A stretch of DNA of 62,423 nucleotides, taken from positions 1-62,423 of the forward strand of contig JAKBBU010000004.1 of NCBI GenBank assembly GCA_021808365.1, written 5' to 3'. Positions 17,317 to 25,508 of the stretch are shown one piece after another. Source of the DNA: Pseudomonadota bacterium. GTDB taxonomy: Bacteria > Pseudomonadota > Gammaproteobacteria > JAKBBU01. A program made the translations under genes and the position numbers. The notes under the pieces were generated by a model. The model searched no databases. It saw only the letters and a program-made list of their open reading frames with translations, and was not told the DNA's origin. Every line of letters starts with the position of its first letter. Position 1 is the stretch's first letter.

Positions 17317-18600
17317 ATGGCCATACAAACACCCCACTTGAGAACAGCATTAACCGGCCCCTTACAACATCTAGAAAAAATTTTTCTAGATCAACAATTG
17401 CGAATTGAATCCTGGCTACGTGAACAATGGCTCAAAACACCTGCACCGTTAATGGGTTCGGTGGATCTGCGTAATGCGGGCTTTAAACTCGCACCGGTTG
17501 ACACCAATCTTTTTCCTGCCGGATTTAATAATCTCAGCGCTGATTTTTTACCCTTGGCCGTTCAAGCCGCTCAAGCCACACTCAATCAATTTTTCCCTCG
17601 CGTTCGACGTTTCTTATTGATCCCTGAAAATCATACGCGCAATACCTATTATTTTGAAAGCGTCGCAAGTTTGATTGAAATTCTGCAAAAAGCAGGCTTT
17701 GAAGTTCGCGTGGGCTCATTATTACCTGACTATCAAACGACGACGATTGAACTTGCTTCCGGTCAATCATTGACAATTTCACCTATCACTCGCGTTAATA
17801 ATCATTTGCAAACGCCAGATTATGAACCTTGTGCCATTATTCTAAATAATGATCTATCCGATGGCGTACCCGATATTCTTAAAAATTTAGAACAACCAAT
17901 CGCACCTCACTTTAAACTAGGTTGGTCAAGCCGCTTAAAATCTCATCATTTTTCGCATTATCAAGATATTGCTCAAGAATTTTCAAATTTTTTAGAATTA
18001 GATCCTTGGTTAATCAATCCTTTTTTCGATAATTGCAGCGATGTAGATTTTGTCACGCGAGCAGGTGAAACGTGCATTGCTAAAAAAGTAGAATTAATGT
18101 TGATTAAAATTCAAAAAAAATACGATGAATATGATATTAAGCAACGTCCCTATGTGGTTGTGAAAGCCGATGCAGGATCGTACGGCATGGGTGTAATGCA
18201 AGTGCACGATGCACAAGAAATTTATAAACTCAATCGCAAACAGCGCGTAAAAATGGCAAGCACTAAAGGTCAAAGTATTTCTCAAGTCATTTTGCAAGAA
18301 GGTATTTATACGTTTGAAACGGTCGGATCGGATCATGCTGTCGCAGAACCTGTCGTCTATCTTCTCGGGCCCTATGTGATCGGTGGATTTTACCGTGTAC
18401 ATACCGAGCGCGGTATTGATGAAAATCTCAATGCACCCGGCATGCATTTTGAATCGCTCGCGTTCGCTTCGTGTTGTAATACGCCCGATCGCTTAAAAAA
18501 ACCTCATGATGAACCGAATCGTTTCTATGCTTATGGCCTGATTGCACGTTTAGCCTTATTAGCGGCGGCAAGAGAAAATACGGAGTTATCATCAACTTGA
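17317..18600 (+). CDS. gshA: Putative glutamate--cysteine ligase of the ATP-grasp-like 'ferrooxidans-type' GshA family
   Basis: 427 aa. PVDTNLFPAGFNNL and VVVKADAGSYGMGVM resemble my recollection of that family. It lies immediately upstream of gshB. The family assignment was not verified. Confidence 0.55.
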   Translation: MAIQTPHLRTALTGPLQHLEKIFLDQQLRIESWLREQWLKTPAPLMGSVDLRNAGFKLAPVDTNLFPAGFNNLSADFLPLAVQAAQATLNQFFPRVRRFLLIPENHTRNTYYFESVASLIEILQKAGFEVRVGSLLPDYQTTTIELASGQSLTISPITRVNNHLQTPDYEPCAIILNNDLSDGVPDILKNLEQPIAPHFKLGWSSRLKSHHFSHYQDIAQEFSNFLELDPWLINPFFDNCSDVDFVTRAGETCIAKKVELMLIKIQKKYDEYDIKQRPYVVVKADAGSYGMGVMQVHDAQEIYKLNRKQRVKMASTKGQSISQVILQEGIYTFETVGSDHAVAEPVVYLLGPYVIGGFYRVHTERGIDENLNAPGMHFESLAFASCCNTPDRLKKPHDEPNRFYAYGLIARLALLAAARENTELSST

Positions 18601-18617
18601 ATTACTCTTTAAGCATA

Positions 18618-18681
18618 TTGATCAGAAAGAAGAGTGCATCAATACGTGTTGTGGTATTGATGCACTCTTCTTTCTGATCAA
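18618..18681. repeat. REP-like palindromic element, 64 bp, perfect 28-bp arms
   Basis: ttgatcagaaagaagagtgcatcaatac gtgttgtg gtattgatgcactcttctttctgatcaa. It lies between the co-directional plus-strand genes gshA-like and gshB. Confidence 0.9.
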
Positions 18682-18711
18682 TAAACATTCATCTAACTTT
18701 ATGAGAATAGT

Positions 18712-19653
18712 ATGACTAAACAACTTGGTGTCGTCATGGATCCCGTTGAACTGATCCATCCCAAAAAAGACAGCACATTGGCGATGCTCCTTGCTGCACA
18801 AATGCGTGGATATACTTTACATTACATGACACCTTCGGATCTCTATTTGCGAGATGGCATTGTGTATGCGCAAACAACGTTATTAAAAGTTTATGATGAT
18901 CCACAACATTGGTTTGATGTTCTGGAACAAAAAATAATCGCGCTGCATGAGCTCGGATTGATTCTCATGCGTAAAGATCCACCGTTTGATTTAGAATATA
19001 TTTACACGACACATCTTCTTGAGCGTGCAGAGCATCTAGGTTGTAAAGTGGTCAATCGTCCGCAATCTCTTCGAGATGTGAGTGAAAAATTATTCACGGC
19101 TTGGTTTCCACAATGTTGTCCTCCGAGCTTGGTGACACGAAGTCATGCACGTTTATTTGAATTTTTACAGGAACAAGGCGAAGTCATTTTTAAACCGCTC
19201 GAGGGCATGGGTGGCGCGTCGATTTTTCGAATTAAAAAAGGTGACACCAATGCACATGTTGTGATTGAAACACTCTCGCAGCATGAAAAAAAATTCATCA
19301 TGGCGCAACGTTTTATTCCTGAAATTTCATCCGGCGATAAACGCATTTTGTTGATCGATGGTATTCCTATTCCCTATGCACTCGCACGGATCCCCGCGCC
19401 TGGAGATAATCGTGGAAATTTAGCTGCAGGCGCACACGCAGAAGGTCGCGAACTTAACGATCGCGATCGCTGGATCTGCAATGAAGTCGGTCCTGTGTTA
19501 CGCGCAAAGGGATTGCGCTTTGTGGGTATCGATGTGATCGGGAATTATTTAACAGAAATTAATGTAACCAGCCCAACATGCATCCGAGAATTAAATGCCT
19601 GCTTTGGACTTGACATTGCGGGACAGTTGATGGACGCATTGGAAAATCAATAG
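18712..19653 (+). CDS. gshB: Glutathione synthetase
   Basis: 313 aa. The N-terminus VVMDPVELIHPKKDSTLAMLLAAQMRGY and the ATP-grasp C-terminal half resemble E. coli GshB. Confidence 0.9.
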   Translation: MTKQLGVVMDPVELIHPKKDSTLAMLLAAQMRGYTLHYMTPSDLYLRDGIVYAQTTLLKVYDDPQHWFDVLEQKIIALHELGLILMRKDPPFDLEYIYTTHLLERAEHLGCKVVNRPQSLRDVSEKLFTAWFPQCCPPSLVTRSHARLFEFLQEQGEVIFKPLEGMGGASIFRIKKGDTNAHVVIETLSQHEKKFIMAQRFIPEISSGDKRILLIDGIPIPYALARIPAPGDNRGNLAAGAHAEGRELNDRDRWICNEVGPVLRAKGLRFVGIDVIGNYLTEINVTSPTCIRELNACFGLDIAGQLMDALENQ

Positions 19654-19763
19654 CTTATAGCATTTATCCTATTTGTTAAGTACAGGGAAAGCTACACCAA
19701 TACGTGTTGTGGTATTGGTGTAGCTTTCCCTGTACTTAACAAATAGGATAAATGCTATAAGCT
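19652..19763. repeat. REP-like palindromic element, full-length form, 112 bp, perfect 52-bp arms
   Basis: agcttatagcatttatcctatttgttaagtacagggaaagctacaccaatac gtgttgtg followed by its exact reverse complement (checked base by base). It fills the whole gshB-recG gap. It overlaps 2 nt of the gshB stop and abuts the first ATG of recG. Confidence 0.95.
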
Positions 19764-21881
19764 ATGGAGAAAATCGTGCAACACAATAATAGCGAAAAAA
19801 AGGGGTCTTCACTCAGCACAATGCCCTGCCAATATTTAAAGGGCGTCGGCCCCCAACTTGCCCAAAAACTTGCGAAACGATCCATCCATACCGTTCAAGA
19901 TCTTCTTTTTCATTTACCGCTGCGCTACCAAGATCGGCGTCGCATCACACCTCTGCGTGGGCTTCGCCAAGGAGAATGGGCCGTGGTTCAAGGCCGTATT
20001 GTGGATATTGTTTTAAAACGCAGACCGCGATCCACATTCGAATGTGTGATCGAAGATGAAAGTGGTACGATGAAAATGCGATTATTTCATTTCAGTGGTG
20101 TCCAAATTGATCACTTGGCCATTGGGAAAATATTACGCTGCTTTGGCGAAACACGTTGGCGCCAAGGCAGTTATGAAATGGTACATCCAGAATATGTTTG
20201 TAGTGATGAAGGTAAATTACCTCCTTTAGAAAAAGAATTAACACCGATTTATCCCACGACTGAAGGATTAAGCCAAAAAAAATTACGCGCCCTCACCGAT
20301 CTTGCTCTCGATTTATTGGCTCATGATAATCTCTTAGTCGATTACTTGCCTGCACCGATTTGCCACGCTCATCAGTTCCCTGACTTAAAAACAGCCCTGC
20401 AGCGTGTACACCGCCCCCCAAATACTACGTCAGCAGATTTACTGGAACAAGGAAAAGATCCTGCGCAACATCGCCTTGCCTTTGAAGAATTAATTGCCCA
20501 CCATTTAAGTTTACGGCGAATACGCGAGTGCATTCAAAAACATGAAGCACCCGCTTTTTCGAATTCTCAGCTTTCTGAAATGCTTCTTAAAAATTTACCG
20601 TATGAATTGACATCCGCTCAGAAAAAAGTAAGCACTGAAATTCAAGCTGATTTAAATAAGCCAATCCCCATGATGCGTTTAGTGCAAGGCGATGTCGGTT
20701 CCGGAAAAACCATTGTTTGCGCGCTAGCAGCACTTCAAGCCGTTGAATGCGGTTATCAAGTCGCCGTCATGGTACCTACTGAATTATTAGCGGAACAACA
20801 TGAGAAAAATTTCCGCGCTTGGTTTGAGCCGCTCAATATTCGTGTGGAAGGTCTAAAAAGTAATTTAAGTGATAAATTAAAACAAGAACGATTAAAATCG
20901 ATTCAAGATCATTCGATTCAAGTTGCCATTGGCACGCATGCTTTATTTCAAAAACACGTTCAATTTTCAAAGTTGGGATTAATCATTGTCGATGAACAGC
21001 ATCGCTTTGGTGTTCAGCAACGTTTAGACTTATGGGAAAAAGGCAGCCAAGATCATAAACGGCCGCATCAATTAATTTTATCAGCCACACCGATTCCACG
21101 TACTTTAGCCATGACTGCTTATGCTGATTTAGATTGCTCAGTGATCGATGAATTACCGCCCGGACGAAAACCTATCGTCACGGTTGCACTTGCAGACACA
21201 AAGCGCCATGAAGTTGTAGAGCGCGTGCGTTTCGCGTCGAAAAAAAATCAACAAATTTATTGGGTATGTACGCTCATTGAAGAATCTGAAGTTTTACAAT
21301 GCCAAACCGCAGAAGAAACGGCTCAGCAATTGCGTTTGATACTGCCTGAGTTAAACATTGGTTTAATTCACGGTCGTCTTAAAAGTGCAGAAAAAGAAGA
21401 GGTGATGCGCGCCTTTGTACAAGGAGAATTTCAATTATTAGTCGCAACCACGGTGATTGAAGTCGGTGTTGATGTACCTAATGCTAATCTCATGGTGATT
21501 GAAAATCCTGAACGATTAGGCCTTGCACAATTGCATCAATTACGCGGGCGAATTGGTCGAGGCAGTGAAGAAAGTTTTTGTGTGCTCTTGTATAAAAATC
21601 CCCTATCCAAGGATGCTTTTGCACGCCTAGATGTCATGCGAAAAAGTCAGGATGGTTTTGTGATCGCACAAAAAGATTTAGAAATTCGTGGCCCTGGTGA
21701 AGTTTTAGGGACACGTCAAACAGGATTATTGGGGTTGCGCATTGCTAATCTTGTCCGTGATCAGCATTTAATTGCGCCTGCGCGCCAAGCCGCAGAGACG
21801 TTAATGCGGGAACACTCCGCTGCCGTTGAGCCACTCATTTCACGCTGGCTGGGAGCAGCAGAGCAGTTTGGACAGGTTTAA
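19764..21881 (+). CDS. recG: ATP-dependent DNA helicase RecG
   Basis: 705 aa. The helicase motifs GDVGSGKT and DEQHRFG are present, and LKGVGPQLAQKLAKRSIHTVQDLLFHLPLRYQDRR is the typical RecG N-terminus. An alternative GTG start at 19776 has the RBS ggaga. Confidence 0.9.
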   Translation: MEKIVQHNNSEKKGSSLSTMPCQYLKGVGPQLAQKLAKRSIHTVQDLLFHLPLRYQDRRRITPLRGLRQGEWAVVQGRIVDIVLKRRPRSTFECVIEDESGTMKMRLFHFSGVQIDHLAIGKILRCFGETRWRQGSYEMVHPEYVCSDEGKLPPLEKELTPIYPTTEGLSQKKLRALTDLALDLLAHDNLLVDYLPAPICHAHQFPDLKTALQRVHRPPNTTSADLLEQGKDPAQHRLAFEELIAHHLSLRRIRECIQKHEAPAFSNSQLSEMLLKNLPYELTSAQKKVSTEIQADLNKPIPMMRLVQGDVGSGKTIVCALAALQAVECGYQVAVMVPTELLAEQHEKNFRAWFEPLNIRVEGLKSNLSDKLKQERLKSIQDHSIQVAIGTHALFQKHVQFSKLGLIIVDEQHRFGVQQRLDLWEKGSQDHKRPHQLILSATPIPRTLAMTAYADLDCSVIDELPPGRKPIVTVALADTKRHEVVERVRFASKKNQQIYWVCTLIEESEVLQCQTAEETAQQLRLILPELNIGLIHGRLKSAEKEEVMRAFVQGEFQLLVATTVIEVGVDVPNANLMVIENPERLGLAQLHQLRGRIGRGSEESFCVLLYKNPLSKDAFARLDVMRKSQDGFVIAQKDLEIRGPGEVLGTRQTGLLGLRIANLVRDQHLIAPARQAAETLMREHSAAVEPLISRWLGAAEQFGQV

Positions 21882-22065
21882 CCTAAATTCGGCAGTTAAA
21901 GTCGTAACGAGAAGGGCTAAGACGCTGAATATCGGCTTTTTTTTGGTTTTTTTTCGCAAGACAGTAGACACCCCTACGGTGAAGCGAAAAAAAAGTAAAA
22001 AAATGACGAGATTCAATGGATTAGACCTTCGCAGTAGACTTTAACTGCCGAATTTAGGTTAAACC
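21875..22065. mobile_element. 191-bp MITE-like element with perfect 29-bp terminal inverted repeats
   Basis: The left end ggtttaacctaaattcggcagttaaagtc (21875-21903) is the exact reverse complement of the right end at 22037-22065. The interior is an imperfect palindrome. It contains the recG stop codon (21879-21881) and ends 1 nt before the dapB stop. Confidence 0.85.
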
Positions 22066-22066
22066 A

Positions 22067-22759
22067 CTACAGCAATACTTCAACCCCCATCACCATGCCA
22101 TTCAACCCAGTTACACGACAACATGCTAAACACATCCCAGGCATGAACGCGACGCGATCAATTGTATCGACTTTAATCGTCAAAGATTCGCCTTCCGTGC
22201 CAAAAATAACTTCTTGATGCGCGACAAAACCAGGTAAACGAACCGAATGAATCGGAATATCCTTGGCAGGCTTGCCTGTCAATTGTTCTTCTTGCTCTTG
22301 CAACAATAAAGCCGTTAACAATGCCGTACCTGAGGGCATGTCTTTTTTACCTTCACGATGTTTTTCGATAATTTCAGCATGGTGCAAATGTCGACCTGCA
22401 CTTTTGGCATAACGAACCATCAAGGCTGCTGCAATTGAAAAATTAGGCGCAACAATCCCGCCTCGTTCTAGTTCAGCACAACGTTGTTGTAATTTTTCAA
22501 ATTGTGAATATTTCATTCCTGTTGTTCCGATCACAGGATGTGCGCCCGACTCAATGATGATAGAAGCATTGGTATAAGCCAGCTCAGGAATTGTAAAATC
22601 AACGACAACCTCTGCATCTGTTTCTTCAATTCTTTTACGCAGATCATCTTCACGGTGTGACTTACCCGCTAAAATTAAATCGGTATGTGCCTCAATCGCA
22701 CGACAGGCTTCCTGCCCCATATGACCGCCAGCACCATTGACAAGAACGCGAATACTCAT
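22067..22759 (-). CDS. dapB: 4-hydroxy-tetrahydrodipicolinate reductase
   Basis: The N-terminus has an NAD(P)-binding motif (VLVNGAGGHMG). The DapB motif EIIEKHREGKKDMPSGTA is present. Confidence 0.85.
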   Translation of the reverse strand: MSIRVLVNGAGGHMGQEACRAIEAHTDLILAGKSHREDDLRKRIEETDAEVVVDFTIPELAYTNASIIIESGAHPVIGTTGMKYSQFEKLQQRCAELERGGIVAPNFSIAAALMVRYAKSAGRHLHHAEIIEKHREGKKDMPSGTALLTALLLQEQEEQLTGKPAKDIPIHSVRLPGFVAHQEVIFGTEGESLTIKVDTIDRVAFMPGMCLACCRVTGLNGMVMGVEVLL

Positions 22760-22774
22760 AACATGACACTCCTT

Positions 22775-24697
22775 TTAAGGCCTAATGGGTTGCAACCATA
22801 GACTCAGATCCGGCTTTTCACCTAATTTCTTTTGGTAAATCACGGTAAACGCCATTACATTTTTAACATAGCCACGGGTTTCACTAAAGGGAATCGTATC
22901 AACCCAAATATCAAGGGGTATCGTCCCTTCCTTTGGCAGCCAACGATGAACGGCGCCTGGACCTGCATTATAGGCTGCCGTTGCAAGCGCAGGATGATGA
23001 TACTGAGTATAGAGTCTTTTTAAATAATAACTACCAAAACGAATGTTAAGATCCGTGTCCAAAATTGAGATATTATGTTTAAAGGGTCGTTTCAAAACGC
23101 GCGAAATATCTAAGGCTGTCCCTGGCATTAATTGCATCAACCCCAACGCCCCCACATAGGAGGCAATATCGGCCATAAACGCGCTTTCTTGACGAATAAT
23201 GCCGAAGACCCAGGCAGGATCAAGCGACTCCGCACGTGCGGAGTTAAGCACCTGTTCCTCATACCCCAATGGAAAAGCAAGCGCTAAATTTTGCAATTGA
23301 TCGGCCTGTTGCGCCGTGGTCAAACTGCGATCATACCAGCCCCATTGTGCCGCTATCTGTGCCGCGGCTTCCAATTGTTGTTGATTAAGCGTCTTGGTGA
23401 CAAATTGCCATTCACGGCGAGCATCTGCATAACGCTGCAACCGTAATAATTCATACGCGCGTTGAACACCAGGAAGATTCTCAACTTGTTTCAGTGTTTT
23501 TCGATCAGCTGAGGTTGAAATCGATTGAACCTTCAGCGAATCACCCAATTGAGCTTGCGCAAGAAATCCATAATAACCTTGCATTTTCGAAAGCTGTTCA
23601 TAAATCGCTCTTGCTTGACGCTGTTGATCTTGCTGCGCAAGCGCGCGTGCTTGCCAATATTGCCAAGCGGGGCGTGCTTGCTCTTGCTCCGGTAATGCTC
23701 CAATCGTTGTCGTGACAACACGCCAATTTCCTGCTCTCAAGCTTGAACGGATCCGCCATTCTTGAACCATGAGCGTTGTATACTCAGGCTTAACTTGTAA
23801 TAACCATGATAAAGCTTCAGAACGCCCTTGCCGAGCCAGTGTGACACCTATTGAACGAATCATTCTTTGGTTGATATCCTGGCTGAAATGAACATTAGCT
23901 TGATACGCAGGCCAAAGCGAAAGAACCGTGTCAGGCTGATGATGTGCCAATCGTGCTAAACCATAAGCTAACAGTGCAGGGCGATTCATCGATTGATGCA
24001 CAAATTTTTTCTGGGTCACTAGAGATGGATTTTTAAAGACAGAGAGCCACAGTTCGGCTGTTGTGCGATCGCTTTTTGAGAAATAGGGCAACAAACTTTT
24101 TGCCAATTGCCCATTTTGATCTTGCAGGGCAAGGCGAAAACGACTTACTAACAAGTCACGGGTTAAATGCCCTGAATTGATCCAAGCTGAAAAAACAGGG
24201 GTACACGTTGAGGGTTGTGCTGTTCCACTTAGCCAAAGATCGGGTACTTTAGAAAAAGCTTTCGTGCTCTGCCCTGTGCTCATTAACGCTTGCAAACAAA
24301 GACATTGCAAAGTAACACTTTGTGTTTGTGGATCATAAATGTGTAAAAATTCAGACCAATTTTTTTGTTGACCTAACAATAATAACCATTGGTTGCGTAG
24401 ACGTGCAGCCAGCGGCGTTTCTGCATATGTGGTTAAAAATAATTCAATGGCCGATGAGGGTGTGTTATGTAGCTGCCTTCTGAGCGCCTCATATTGCAAG
24501 TAGGGATAAAGTGGATAATCTTTCAATGCGGGCGCAAATTGCCTAAACGCGGTAAGATTATTTCTAGCCAAAGCCTGCTCTGCGGCCAAGAATTTTTTTT
24601 CCTGCGCGGTCAGATCGTCAGCGAGTGACGTTGAAACAAAGACCAAACCGATAAGGCCCAGACTGATCAATGAAAGTATCCAGGGTAAACGCCGCAC
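22775..24697 (-). CDS. slt: Soluble lytic murein transglycosylase (Slt70-like)
   Basis: 640 aa. A signal peptide and a superhelical repeat region precede the C-terminal lysozyme-like domain (IIRQESAF...GLMQLMPGTA...AYNAGPG). Confidence 0.9.
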   Translation of the reverse strand: MRRLPWILSLISLGLIGLVFVSTSLADDLTAQEKKFLAAEQALARNNLTAFRQFAPALKDYPLYPYLQYEALRRQLHNTPSSAIELFLTTYAETPLAARLRNQWLLLLGQQKNWSEFLHIYDPQTQSVTLQCLCLQALMSTGQSTKAFSKVPDLWLSGTAQPSTCTPVFSAWINSGHLTRDLLVSRFRLALQDQNGQLAKSLLPYFSKSDRTTAELWLSVFKNPSLVTQKKFVHQSMNRPALLAYGLARLAHHQPDTVLSLWPAYQANVHFSQDINQRMIRSIGVTLARQGRSEALSWLLQVKPEYTTLMVQEWRIRSSLRAGNWRVVTTTIGALPEQEQARPAWQYWQARALAQQDQQRQARAIYEQLSKMQGYYGFLAQAQLGDSLKVQSISTSADRKTLKQVENLPGVQRAYELLRLQRYADARREWQFVTKTLNQQQLEAAAQIAAQWGWYDRSLTTAQQADQLQNLALAFPLGYEEQVLNSARAESLDPAWVFGIIRQESAFMADIASYVGALGLMQLMPGTALDISRVLKRPFKHNISILDTDLNIRFGSYYLKRLYTQYHHPALATAAYNAGPGAVHRWLPKEGTIPLDIWVDTIPFSETRGYVKNVMAFTVIYQKKLGEKPDLSLWLQPIRP

Positions 24698-24762
24698 TTG
24701 TCATTCCTTCAAAACGCTATAGGGGCAGCCCCACTATAGAGGCACTTTTGTTTCCTTGCAAC

Positions 24763-24791
24763 TTGACAAGTGTGAGAGTTTTGTTTATAAT
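24763..24791 (+). promoter_or_regulatory. Consensus sigma-70 promoter (TTGACA-N17-TATAAT) upstream of icmV
   Basis: The -35 ttgaca is at 24763-24768, followed by a 17-nt spacer and the -10 tataat at 24786-24791. It lies about 80 nt upstream of the icmV ATG. Confidence 0.6.
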
Positions 24792-24872
24792 GTGGCCATT
24801 ATATCTCTCTAGTCTTTTCCAAACCACGTTTACCCATCTGATCTATACTCAAATTAACTCGGTAGTTTTACT

Positions 24873-25313
24873 ATGGCTGATAAACCTGACAAACCAAAAA
24901 AGAAACCTTTTTTCAACGTCTCACGCGCGATGGGGTTAGGTTTCTTATCATCATTTAACAAAACGATTGCGCACAATGCCCGGCTCTTGTTCAAACCCAA
25001 AAAATCCGATCGTCAAGAAACGTTTGAAGAAGCAAAAATAAGACTAAACCTTTCTGAGGAAGATATCCAAAAAAGAGCTCGTGATTGCGCTAAATTTGCA
25101 TTGGGTTTTGCCATATTTGCATTCCTAACACTTTTTTATATGATTTATCTCTTCTGGCACGCCCACATTGCGGCAGGTTTATTAGCCTTTGTTATAACAG
25201 TCATGGTACTCACCCAAGCTTTTCGTTATCATTTTTGGTATTTTCAAATGAAATCTCGCAAATTGGGCTGTACATTCAAGGAATGGCTTGAATCGAGCTG
25301 GAAAAGCTTTTAA
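24873..25313 (+). CDS. icmV: Dot/Icm inner-membrane protein IcmV
   Basis: 146 aa with two TM helices. The motif FRYHFWYFQMKSRKLGCTFKEW matches my recollection of IcmV. It is adjacent to dotA. Confidence 0.8.
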   Translation: MADKPDKPKKKPFFNVSRAMGLGFLSSFNKTIAHNARLLFKPKKSDRQETFEEAKIRLNLSEEDIQKRARDCAKFALGFAIFAFLTLFYMIYLFWHAHIAAGLLAFVITVMVLTQAFRYHFWYFQMKSRKLGCTFKEWLESSWKSF

Positions 25314-25508
25314 TTTGCATACAATCATGATATAATAAGCTTACTTGTTTTTCTATCAAGCCCAACACTTCCCTGGTTCTAAGCTATAATTTCATAATCC
25401 AGGTTTGTTTCCAGCACTTTGCCAAACAGGCCATTAATCCTTCGAATTTTAGATTAATGCAAGATCGCATTCATCCTCTTGCTAACCCAGTTTCAGGAAG
25501 TTGTTTCA

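Noticed and set aside
21826-22044. 72-aa ORF spanning the recG end and the intergenic region
   Set aside because: It lies inside the 191-bp MITE, reads through poly-T/poly-A tracts, and has no RBS or recognisable domain.
25314-25508. Possible PmrA/CpxR-type boxes or an operator upstream of dotA (cattaatc N12 gattaatg at about 25432-25459)
   Set aside because: It is an 8-bp inverted repeat, not the tandem TTAAT-type PmrA repeat or the GTAAA-N6-GTAAA CpxR site. No convincing match to either was seen upstream of dotA, icmV, icmT, the ankyrin gene or the 346-aa gene.
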